A DNA stretch of 64,000 bases, taken from NCBI GenBank assembly GCA_963677595.1, contig OY782041.1:1280001-1344000 (forward strand), read 5' to 3'. The stretch comes from Spirochaetia bacterium. GTDB lineage: Bacteria > Spirochaetota > Spirochaetia > CAKZLE01. A model generated the notes under the pieces. The model ran no database searches and had not been told where the DNA came from. It worked only from the letters and a program-made list of their open reading frames with translations. Positions 40,495 to 48,694 of this stretch are shown here, piece after piece; position 1 is the first letter of the stretch; each line of letters opens with the position of its first letter. Both the position numbers and the translations under genes were made by a program.

Positions 40495-41774
40495 TAGAGC
40501 TGCTTCGAGATGGTGATCGCAGCGATGGTACCGTCAGCGACTGCAGTCGTGATCTGCCGGTAGGCCTTCGACTTCACATCGCCGACCGCATAGACGCCGT
40601 CAAGGTTGGTCTTCATCTGGTCGTCAGCCGCGAGGTAGCCCCACTGGTCCAGCTCGAGGTTGTCGCCGAGGTCGTCGATGTTCGGGAGGAACCCGACGAA
40701 GACGAAGATACCAGTGGTCCGCAGTTCCTTGAGCTCGCCGCTCTTCAGGTCCTCGACCACGACGCCCATGTCCATGGTGCCGTACTTCTTGAACTCCCTC
40801 GGTTCATGCTCGAACATGATCTCGATCTTCGGGTTATCGAAGGCCTCCTTCTGGGCAGCCTTGTTGGCCTGGAGCTCGGCGAACTGGTGTACGATAGTCA
40901 CCTTCTTGGCGAACCTGGTGATGAACAGGGACTCCTCGATAGCGGAGTTACCGCCGCCGATCACGACGACTTCTTTGTCCTCGAAGTATTTCGCGTCACA
41001 GGTCGCACAGTAGGAGATACCGTTCCCCCGGTATTCCAACTCCCCGGGGATGCCGAGCGGTCTCGGCCGTGAACCGGTAGCGATGACGATGTGCTTTGCC
41101 TTGATGGTCTCGACCCCGTCGATGACGACCTGCTTCTTCTCAAGGTCGATATCGGTCACGTCGACTGCGACACGGTATTCCACCCCGTTCGCCTTTGCCT
41201 GCTCGCTCATGTAATGGGAGAGCATGAATCCCGGCTGGGGATCCACGAAGCCAGGGTAGTTCGATACCTGGTGGGTCGTCGATACATAGCCTCCCGGGAG
41301 TGCCGGGTCGACCAGGATGACCTTCGCATGTGCCTGGGCAAGGTAGATCCCTGCGGTAAGCCCTGCAGGTCCGCCGCCGAGGACGATGACGTCACGCTCG
41401 GTCTCGACCGGCTCGATCTTTGCCTTCACCTCTTCGACCTCTTCACTGGTAAGCAGTGCATCGAGGTTCTCCATGAGGGCACCACGCTTGATCCCGCCAG
41501 AGAGCTTGTCACCCACCTGCTTCCCCTTCTCATAGAAGAGGACGGTCGGTGAACCGGTCACGTCCAGTTCGGCGGCCAGTTCCCGGTTACCCTGCCGGAA
41601 GATCTTCACGAAGGAGATCTTCTCCCCGTAGAGGTAGCTCAATGCCTCGTATTTCGAAGCCAGTGCCTCACAGGGAGGGCACTCGGTCGAATAGAAATCC
41701 ACTACAACCCGTTCTTTCTGCAGCACCTCTGAATCGAATTCTGCTGCGGTTATCTCTTTGATCTTACCAGCCAT
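40494..41774 (-). CDS. Thioredoxin domain fused to a thioredoxin-reductase-like flavoprotein
   Basis: N-terminal VVDFYSTECPPC Trx fold, then GGGPAGL, YCATCD, GGGNSA, GVYAVGD, QITTAVADG. Confidence 0.9.
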   Translation of the reverse strand: MAGKIKEITAAEFDSEVLQKERVVVDFYSTECPPCEALASKYEALSYLYGEKISFVKIFRQGNRELAAELDVTGSPTVLFYEKGKQVGDKLSGGIKRGALMENLDALLTSEEVEEVKAKIEPVETERDVIVLGGGPAGLTAGIYLAQAHAKVILVDPALPGGYVSTTHQVSNYPGFVDPQPGFMLSHYMSEQAKANGVEYRVAVDVTDIDLEKKQVVIDGVETIKAKHIVIATGSRPRPLGIPGELEYRGNGISYCATCDAKYFEDKEVVVIGGGNSAIEESLFITRFAKKVTIVHQFAELQANKAAQKEAFDNPKIEIMFEHEPREFKKYGTMDMGVVVEDLKSGELKELRTTGIFVFVGFLPNIDDLGDNLELDQWGYLAADDQMKTNLDGVYAVGDVKSKAYRQITTAVADGTIAAITISKQL

Positions 41775-41809
41775 GTTCTTTCTCCTACTAGCTTATAAAA
41801 TTAATTTCG

Positions 41810-43126
41810 TTATTCCTGTCCCAGCTGCTGGAAGTAGAGGGACAGCCCCATACCGATCAGCTGGTTCACCGGCCTGCAGTCTGCAGACTGGATACGTCCT
41901 GTACTGTTCTTCGCCACCGAACCGCAGCCGCCCCCGCAGGCTAACTGCATCGAGCAGTCCTTACATTCCGGGATCGTGGTGACATCACGCTCCTCCCACT
42001 GCTCGATTATCTCGTCCTTCCTCGTCACGGTCGGGTAGAATGTCCCGAGAACCTCATCATCCTTCCCGACGGTCGCCGTGCAGGAGTAGATCCTCCCGCT
42101 GTAGTCGAAGGCCCACTCCGTCTTGCAGGCAGGGCAGGAATCGAACAGCGGGTCAGGCATCTCGCCATGCTCGAAGAGGAACTTCGAGATCGAGTATGCA
42201 GGGGTATGGAATTCGAGGAATTCCGGGTTCTCCCTGATCATCGCATAGAGGTCCTCGTAGAGGCTGACCCGGTCATAGAGCTTGGACTGGTCGGACTGGC
42301 AGCTGTGAAGCTCATAGTTCCGCCCGAGCTGGGTCTTGAAGAGCGGGCTTGCGGCCCATCCCTTATCTATGGCAAGGTGTGCAAGTTCGATGAGGTGGGG
42401 GAAGTTCTCCCGGTCGACGACTGCCCGCAGGTTGACCGGCAGGCCGGCTGCCAGGGCTGCGTCGATCCCCTCGACGATCTCTGCGAAGGTACCTGACCCG
42501 CCGCGGAGCATCCTCCGCTTGTCATGGGCAGCTTCCGGCCCGTCGAGGGTCACCTGGAGTTCCTTGATGATCGCCGTCTTCAGGAGCGGTACATAACTCG
42601 TGAGGGTGTATCCGTTCGTGACGATCGCGATCCCGAGCTTCCTCTCCGTCGCCTTCTCCAAGAGGTACGCGATATTCTTCTTCGTCGCGTCATTGGGCAG
42701 GAGCGGCTCCCCGCCGAAGATCGTGATATACTTGTCCCTGCCGGCGAACTCCCGGTCGATGTAGTCGAAGAAGGCATCGATGACTTCCGGCTGGTAGTTC
42801 AGGTCCTGGTGGGTGTATTCCGCCTGGTAGCAGTAGGAGCAGGCGAAGTTGCAGGCATAGGTCGGTACATAGAAGATCTGCACCTCATCGGTATCGCGGT
42901 TGTCGATGAAATCGAGGTATTCGCTCCGGTAGAGCCTCTGCTCCTCTAAAGGGTCCACGAGATACCCCTTCTCGATGAGCTCCTCCTCGTTGAGGTACTC
43001 GCCCCTCTTGAAGGCCTCGGCATGCGCCGCCTCCATGATGTCCGCCTGCTTCGTCAGGGGATTTATGATGTAATACTCTTCAGAGTCCTTGAGCTGCCCG
43101 AAGAGCAGGTACTTAGATTTCTCCAT
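41810..43126 (-). CDS. Radical SAM/SPASM-domain peptide maturase
   Basis: CNFACSYC, FGGEPLL, TNG, QVTLDG...HDKRR; C-terminal CPAC-x14-C...CKDC-x5-C-GGG-C-x15-C; N-terminal extension ending LIEKGYLV (RRE-like). Confidence 0.93.
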   Translation of the reverse strand: MEKSKYLLFGQLKDSEEYYIINPLTKQADIMEAAHAEAFKRGEYLNEEELIEKGYLVDPLEEQRLYRSEYLDFIDNRDTDEVQIFYVPTYACNFACSYCYQAEYTHQDLNYQPEVIDAFFDYIDREFAGRDKYITIFGGEPLLPNDATKKNIAYLLEKATERKLGIAIVTNGYTLTSYVPLLKTAIIKELQVTLDGPEAAHDKRRMLRGGSGTFAEIVEGIDAALAAGLPVNLRAVVDRENFPHLIELAHLAIDKGWAASPLFKTQLGRNYELHSCQSDQSKLYDRVSLYEDLYAMIRENPEFLEFHTPAYSISKFLFEHGEMPDPLFDSCPACKTEWAFDYSGRIYSCTATVGKDDEVLGTFYPTVTRKDEIIEQWEERDVTTIPECKDCSMQLACGGGCGSVAKNSTGRIQSADCRPVNQLIGMGLSLYFQQLGQE

Positions 43127-43153
43127 GAATGTCTGTCCTTATTCTATAGGAAT

Positions 43154-43183
43154 GCAGGCAGCCTGCAGCTGCAGGCTGCCTGC
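43154..43183. repeat. Perfect 30-bp palindrome (RNA stem-loop) between the precursor and maturase genes
   Basis: GCAGGCAGCCTGCAG-CTGCAGGCTGCCTGC. Confidence 0.9.
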
Positions 43184-43190
43184 CGGATAA

Positions 43191-43286
43191 CTAGTCGTGG
43201 CAGCCTGCGACGACTTTCGAGTTCTTAGCACAGCACTGTGCAACAGCTTTCTGTTCAGCAGGCCGTTTCTTGAGAAGTGATTTCAT
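43191..43286 (-). CDS. Putative RiPP precursor peptide, 31 aa: MKSLLKKRPAEQKAVAQCCAKNSKVVAGCHD (not in the ORF track)
   Basis: Translated by hand; AGGAGG RBS 6 nt before ATG; lies directly upstream of the rSAM/SPASM gene; Lys-rich N-terminus and three Cys in the C-terminal half. Confidence 0.85.
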   Translation of the reverse strand: MKSLLKKRPAEQKAVAQCCAKNSKVVAGCHD

Positions 43287-43332
43287 TGCTTTCCTCCTGT
43301 CCACTAAGATTTCTCTTTATACTCATCCGGGG

Positions 43333-43968
43333 TCATTTGACCCCGAGGATGGTCCAACTCGCTACCTCGATCGCGCCCTTCGGATAGGGATCGCTCTCCT
43401 CGAGGATCTGTACTTCAGAGAACCCTGCCTTCAGCAGCTGCTCACTGTATACGTCCCTGGTCACCGACCCGGCCCAGCATTCCGCGACAGCCGCGGGATC
43501 GTTCCGGTACTCATCGGGCACCGGCTGCAGGGAGTAGATGTCGCTAACGGTGAACCGCCCGCCGGGTTTGAGTACCCGGTAGACCTCGTTCCAGACGTTC
43601 TGCTTGTCTGATGCATGGTTGATCGTGCAGTTCGAGATGAGCAAGTCAACGGTATCGGACTCGAGCGGGAGCTTCTCCAGGTCGGATTTGAGGAAGTCAA
43701 CATTCCCGACCCCAAGCCGTTCAGCCTGCCGTGCAGCCTTTGCCAGCATGCCGTCCGAGATATCGATCCCGTAGACGAACCCGTCTGTACCCACCTCGTC
43801 GGCAAGTCGCAGGACATCGGTCCCCCGACCGCTGCCGAGGTCGACGCAGGTCTCGCCTGTCTGTGCATTGCTGTGGTTGATCGCCCCGCCGCATGAGAGG
43901 CAGCAGCTCGTCTCCGCAAGTTCTGAATACCGGATGTTTATTGCAGTATTCGCCTGTGTGTTCACCAT
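43333..43968 (-). CDS. ArsM-like (arsenite methyltransferase family) class I SAM methyltransferase
   Basis: VDLGSGRG.D motif I; Cys motifs LSCG, ISNCTIN and ECWAG align by eye with ArsM GCG, SNCVIN and ECxxG; RVLKPGGRF.VSD. Confidence 0.75.
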   Translation of the reverse strand: MVNTQANTAINIRYSELAETSCCLSCGGAINHSNAQTGETCVDLGSGRGTDVLRLADEVGTDGFVYGIDISDGMLAKAARQAERLGVGNVDFLKSDLEKLPLESDTVDLLISNCTINHASDKQNVWNEVYRVLKPGGRFTVSDIYSLQPVPDEYRNDPAAVAECWAGSVTRDVYSEQLLKAGFSEVQILEESDPYPKGAIEVASWTILGVK

Positions 43969-43980
43969 ACTATACGTCTC

Positions 43981-44382
43981 CTACATGACTCTCAGGAGAA
44001 GGGACAGCCCCTCCCTGATCTTGTTCTGTTCTTCAGGGGTAAGCCCCTCGCTCAGCCTCCGGTCGCAGGCATCCTTCTCGTTCTGCAGGTCGGTAAAGCA
44101 CTGCTGCCCGGCACCGGTCAGGGAGAGCTTGACCGCCCTGCGGTCATTCCTGTTCGGCACGACGGTAAGCAGACCCCGTTCCCGCAGGCTGTTGACGACC
44201 CTGCTGCCCCTCGAGATCGAGAGACTCATGGCTTCAGCGATCTCCTTGAGGGAGGCCCCGCCATGGGAGGCGATCATCCAGATGCAGCTCACCTCACCGG
44301 GGGTGAGGTTGTGGATCCTGCCGATCTCCTCCACGAAGGTACATTTGTTCTTCAATTCTAAAATCGTATCTATCATCACCAT
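43981..44382 (-). CDS. MarR family transcriptional regulator
   Basis: LKEIA..M.LS.SR.SRVV..L...GL...DRR...L.LT..G wHTH; four Cys. Confidence 0.9.
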   Translation of the reverse strand: MVMIDTILELKNKCTFVEEIGRIHNLTPGEVSCIWMIASHGGASLKEIAEAMSLSISRGSRVVNSLRERGLLTVVPNRNDRRAVKLSLTGAGQQCFTDLQNEKDACDRRLSEGLTPEEQNKIREGLSLLLRVM

Positions 44383-44392
44383 TTCTCTTTAA

Positions 44393-44448
44393 TTGCTATT
44401 AGCAACTATTGCTTATGGCAATATACTATTTCCTTATCGATATGTCAA
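44393..44448 (-). promoter_or_regulatory. Promoter of the marR-led operon with two tandem palindromic operators
   Basis: TTGACA(44448-43)-N17-TATATT(44425-20); TTGC-N5-GCAA at 44393-44405 and 44409-44421. Confidence 0.75.
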
Positions 44449-44522
44449 GTGCGAATAGATAATGATTAAATTCACACAGGATTCATGAAAACCTAACAAT
44501 CGTAGGTCTTAAATAGGGAGGT

Positions 44523-45587
44523 ATGAATCGTTCACCGGTGCTCAAGAACCTCTATCGATCAGCAGAAGTCATCCCATTCGACACGGAAGCGAAGTATGTC
44601 ATCTTCAGCGACCTCCATATGGGTAACGGCAGCCGGACTGACGACTTCAGGAAGAACAGTGAGCTGTGCCGGAAGGTGCTGGAGGATTTCTACCTTCCCG
44701 CAGGCTATACCCTCATCCTCAATGGCGATATAGAGGAACTGCAGAAGTTCCGTTACCTGAGCATCAGGTCCTGCTGGGAGGATATCTTCAGGGTCTTCGA
44801 CAGCTTCCACTCACGGGGGAAGCTGATCAAGATCGCGGGCAACCATGATGCCCTGCTCCGGGAGAACCCTCCAGAGGGCTATCCCTACCCGGTGTATGAG
44901 GCGATACGGCTGGAGGCTGAGGGGCATCTCCCGATCTTCATCACCCACGGACACCATGCGTCTCCGGTATTCAGGTGGTGCAACGGGCTCATCAAGTACG
45001 GTCTCCGGTATATCTCGAACCCGATCGGGATCAAGAACTACTCCGTCTCCCAGAGGAATGCGAGGAAACGCAGGATAGAGTCGAGGATCTACTCGTTCGC
45101 AAAACGCCAGAAGATCCTGGCGATCATCGGCCATACACACCGGCCGCTCTTCGAGTCGGTGACCAGGACTGACTCGATCAAGTGGGTCATCGAGCGATCC
45201 CTCCGGTCGATCCGCTACTCCGATTCCGGGGAGCGAGAGAAGATCTCCAGGCAGATCACCAAACTCATCGGGGACTACAAACTCGCACGCGGTTCACGGG
45301 CTGTCGAGCCGCTGAGCAGCATCTACAGCTCGGAGATACCCGTGCCCTGCCTCTTCAACTCGGGATGCGCCATCGGGAAGCGGGGCATCACCGGGATCGA
45401 GATCGTCAGGGACACCATCTCCCTGATCCACTGGTCCGATCACCGGATCAACGAGACCTACCTGACCGGCGGGTATGAGGGGAGGACACTCTCCTCGATA
45501 GCCCCACACCTCCACAAGGTGGTGCTCAGGAAGGATGATCTCCCTTATATCATGAACTCGATCAGGGTTCTCGGGGAGATCATCTGA
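44523..45587 (+). CDS. Calcineurin-like metallophosphoesterase
   Basis: SDLH, LNGDIEE, GNHD, THGH, GHTH. Confidence 0.85.
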   Translation: MNRSPVLKNLYRSAEVIPFDTEAKYVIFSDLHMGNGSRTDDFRKNSELCRKVLEDFYLPAGYTLILNGDIEELQKFRYLSIRSCWEDIFRVFDSFHSRGKLIKIAGNHDALLRENPPEGYPYPVYEAIRLEAEGHLPIFITHGHHASPVFRWCNGLIKYGLRYISNPIGIKNYSVSQRNARKRRIESRIYSFAKRQKILAIIGHTHRPLFESVTRTDSIKWVIERSLRSIRYSDSGEREKISRQITKLIGDYKLARGSRAVEPLSSIYSSEIPVPCLFNSGCAIGKRGITGIEIVRDTISLIHWSDHRINETYLTGGYEGRTLSSIAPHLHKVVLRKDDLPYIMNSIRVLGEII

Positions 45588-46514
45588 CTACAGCCCGAAT
45601 ACCTCATCGAGAAAGCCGAACACCCGTTCCATGTTCTCCGGCATGGAGAAGTGGACATCTCCATGGCCTGCCCCCTCGATGATATCGAGGGCAGCCCTTC
45701 CCGGGCCGAGTCTCTCGAGGACAGCCTGGTAGAAGAGCTCGGACTGGAGCACGCAGACTATATGGTCAAGCTCCCCGTGCTGGATCAGGGTCGGGGGGAG
45801 CGTCTCATCGATATAGCTGATGGGGTTAGCTTCCTGTACCCGTGCAGGGTCGAGCTTCGTGATCTGCCCTCCCAGGTACAACGATTCCGGAGAGTCCTCA
45901 TCAGCATGGCCGAGATGGCCGAGACCCAACTGGTAAAGCTGTGCATCCATCCTGAGGAAGTCAGTCGGCCCGAACCAGTCCACACAAGCCTGGACACAGG
46001 TGGGGACTCCCGGGTCCCCCGGGGTACGGTCCTCCAGTTCCCGGGCAGCGGAACTGGCTGCGACCATGGCTGCCAGGTTCCCGCCTGCCGATCCCCCGAC
46101 GACTGCGAACCGGTCACCGTCGAGCAGGTACCGTCCAGCATTGGCGCGAAGCCACCTGACGGCACCCTTGCAGTCCAGGATCGCAGCAGGGAACGTCTTC
46201 TCCCCGCTCATCCGGTAATTGATGGAGGCTACTGCATACCCCCGGTCAACCGCAGGAAGGAAGGGCTCCACCTGGGGATCCCGTTTGTCACCCATACAGA
46301 AAGCACCCCCGTGGATATGGATGATCACCGGGAAGGGGCCTGCCCCTTCTCCCGGAAGGTACAGGTCAAGCTCTTGGGCACGGCTCTGCCCGCCATATGG
46401 GATATCGAGGAACTTCCTCTCTATATGGTCTGTCCCGACCTCTCGCATGAACGCCTCAGGATCCTGCTCGATCCCCCGTGTATCTATCCTGACCTTCTCG
46501 ATCCCGCTGTGCAT
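45588..46514 (-). CDS. Alpha/beta hydrolase (HSL-family esterase/lipase)
   Basis: HGGAF, G.SAGG nucleophile elbow, HG..D..V, GAGH. Confidence 0.9.
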   Translation of the reverse strand: MHSGIEKVRIDTRGIEQDPEAFMREVGTDHIERKFLDIPYGGQSRAQELDLYLPGEGAGPFPVIIHIHGGAFCMGDKRDPQVEPFLPAVDRGYAVASINYRMSGEKTFPAAILDCKGAVRWLRANAGRYLLDGDRFAVVGGSAGGNLAAMVAASSAARELEDRTPGDPGVPTCVQACVDWFGPTDFLRMDAQLYQLGLGHLGHADEDSPESLYLGGQITKLDPARVQEANPISYIDETLPPTLIQHGELDHIVCVLQSELFYQAVLERLGPGRAALDIIEGAGHGDVHFSMPENMERVFGFLDEVFGL

Positions 46515-46682
46515 CCGGCTTACCCCCCCCCGAAGACTCTACCTATAGCCTACCTGAGTATACCACAGATCTTAGACACATACACCCTGGCAAGCAGGGC
46601 AGCCTGGGACGGTTTGACCCAAGGGAATCGTTCTGCATGCTCCAGTCTGGCAGGATATGCCGTTCGGTTGTATACTGTAGCT

Positions 46683-47021
46683 ATGTTGGTGCTGAAGATA
46701 CTCAGGTGGACAGCCAGGATAACCGGCACGGTCATCCTCCTCATGATCGCCGCCATCGCCCTGGGAGAGGGGTTCCCGGACCCGCGGACCCTTGCCCTGG
46801 TCGACAGGCTCACCTTCCTAGCCATGGCAGGTATCTGCATCGGCTGCCTGCTGGGCTGGAGATGGGAGGCTGCTGCCGGCTTCACCATCCTCGGTTCGGT
46901 CCTGGCCTTCTTCCTGCTGCAGCAGGTCCTGCTCCTCAACCTGGTCTTCATCCCCCTGATCGTCATCGGCATCATCTACCTCGTCCTCTGGAGGTATGAC
47001 GCATCCCGTAAAGAGCGGTAA
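46683..47021 (+). CDS. Small hypothetical membrane protein (about 4 TM)
   Basis: Hydrophobic C-terminal part of the 45651 ORF; ATG 46683 lies 6 nt after TATACT. Confidence 0.7.
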   Translation: MLVLKILRWTARITGTVILLMIAAIALGEGFPDPRTLALVDRLTFLAMAGICIGCLLGWRWEAAAGFTILGSVLAFFLLQQVLLLNLVFIPLIVIGIIYLVLWRYDASRKER

Positions 47022-47114
47022 GCAAAGGATTCTTCCCCGTATCATCCCTGCCTCTATAGCCAATACACCGCTTATATGGTACTAATGCTGTACTAAACGA
47101 GGTGTGAGGTATAC

Positions 47115-48017
47115 ATGATCCTGCAGATTCTCCCGGTATTCCTGATCATAGTCTTCGGCTATCTTCTCAGCGTGATCAAGGTCGCCCATGACTCATGGGT
47201 CCCGATCCTGAACAAGTTCGGGCTCTACATCGGGTTCCCCGTCCTCATCCTCTCCAACCTGATCAGGGTGGACCGTGAAGTGCTCACTACCCAGATCCCG
47301 GTCTTCATCGCGACCATGGCCATCATCCTCGGCTTCATGGTCCTCTCGTATTACGCGATCAAGCTCTTCAGGATCCCGAAGGAGATCGGCCTCGTCCTCA
47401 TGACAGGAGGGTACTTCGGGAACATCGGGTATCTCGGGTTCCCGCTCATCACGGCCATCTTCCCAGAGGCGGGGGCTACGGTGAGCATCATCGTCGCGAC
47501 CTACAGCATCAGCCTCTTCACGGCGGGGATGTTCCTGCTCGAAAGTCTCAGCGGCGAGGAGAAACATGTCTCGGATATCCTCAAGGGAATGGTTACCAGC
47601 CCCTTCATCATCGCCATCACGGCAGGACTCCTCATCGTCATCCTGGACATCAGGCTGCCGAAAGTCATTCTCGATACCATCACCATGATCGAGGGCTCCG
47701 CATCACCGGTCGTCCTCATCGGGCTGGGCATCTTCATGCATCGCAAGATCGCATTCCATACGCTCTGGAAACCCATCACCGTCATCTCGGGGATCAAGAT
47801 GATCCTCTTCCCGGCGATCTTCTTCCTCGCCTCCCGGCTGTTCGGTCTCGGGAAGCCCTTCGATGCCGCGATCCTCGAGGCATCAATGCCGACTGCCATC
47901 ACGGTATTCGCCTTGAGCGACCGCTTCCCGATGAACAAGGAGCTGGCAGTCTCGATCATCATCCTGACGACTCTCGTCACCCCGATCCTCTACCCGCTTA
48001 TCGTCTCGTTTCTCTAG
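47115..48017 (+). CDS. AEC (auxin efflux carrier / malonate permease) family transporter
   Basis: GN.GY.GFP, SP.IIA, KM.L.P, MPTA; about 10 TM segments. Confidence 0.88.
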   Translation: MILQILPVFLIIVFGYLLSVIKVAHDSWVPILNKFGLYIGFPVLILSNLIRVDREVLTTQIPVFIATMAIILGFMVLSYYAIKLFRIPKEIGLVLMTGGYFGNIGYLGFPLITAIFPEAGATVSIIVATYSISLFTAGMFLLESLSGEEKHVSDILKGMVTSPFIIAITAGLLIVILDIRLPKVILDTITMIEGSASPVVLIGLGIFMHRKIAFHTLWKPITVISGIKMILFPAIFFLASRLFGLGKPFDAAILEASMPTAITVFALSDRFPMNKELAVSIIILTTLVTPILYPLIVSFL

Positions 48018-48582
48018 CGGCCAAGAAGTCGATCACGAACCTGCGGACTGAGGCAAGCCCGACCTCTTTCGGGTCGAGCTCATCGAGCGAAACCAGTAAC
48101 GGCTCCCCCTCATCAGGGTCATTGGTCTTCAGGTCATCCCAATTCTCCACGCTGCAGATATAGATGATGTCGAGGGTGTCATAAAGAACACCACCGAAGA
48201 GGTACTCGTTGCAGTAGGTCCTCGGGTGGACGGTATAGGAAGACACCTTCAGGTTCGTCTCCTCGAAGACCTCCCGGATCATGGCATCCTCAGAACGCTC
48301 CCCCGGGTCCACGAACCCGCCCGGCAGGTCCAGCATCCCCTTCCCCGGGTCTCTCGCCCTCCGGATCATGAGGACGGTATCCTCGTCCTTCAGGATCAGG
48401 GCAATGGTCGCTGCCGCAGCGTTCCGGTAGAACCGGAACCCGCAGGTGGTGCAGCCGAGCTGTTTCGTGACGGCACGGCCGTCCGGTCTTCTCCCGATCC
48501 TGCTTGGCTTGAAGGTCGGGGCCCCGCATACCGGGCAATAGGTCAGTTTCTTGTAAGGTTTATCCAGATTCATCTTAACCAC
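47998..48582 (-). CDS. NUDIX hydrolase with N-terminal zinc ribbon
   Basis: YCPVCG...CTTCG; LPGGFVDPGE...AMIREVFEET Nudix box; exact start uncertain. Confidence 0.9.
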   Translation of the reverse strand: MVKMNLDKPYKKLTYCPVCGAPTFKPSRIGRRPDGRAVTKQLGCTTCGFRFYRNAAAATIALILKDEDTVLMIRRARDPGKGMLDLPGGFVDPGERSEDAMIREVFEETNLKVSSYTVHPRTYCNEYLFGGVLYDTLDIIYICSVENWDDLKTNDPDEGEPLLVSLDELDPKEVGLASVRRFVIDFLAARETRR

Positions 48583-48694
48583 CGATAGTTCATAAAGATA
48601 CTTCTCCTATTATTACCGATTCCGTGAGATACGCAAGAAGAATCTTCACCCTCCCCTGATTGTAAGGTCTTCCCAACTGCGATACTATGTGATT

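Noticed and set aside
43290-43335. TGA stop of the ArsM-like gene read as selenocysteine, or fused to the peptide
   Set aside because: The domain is complete before the TGA, readthrough gives an unremarkable out-of-frame tail, and the peptide has its own RBS.
45651-46682. 456-aa ORF 45651-47021
   Set aside because: The N-terminal part is antisense to the esterase; only the hydrophobic part from ATG 46683 looks real.
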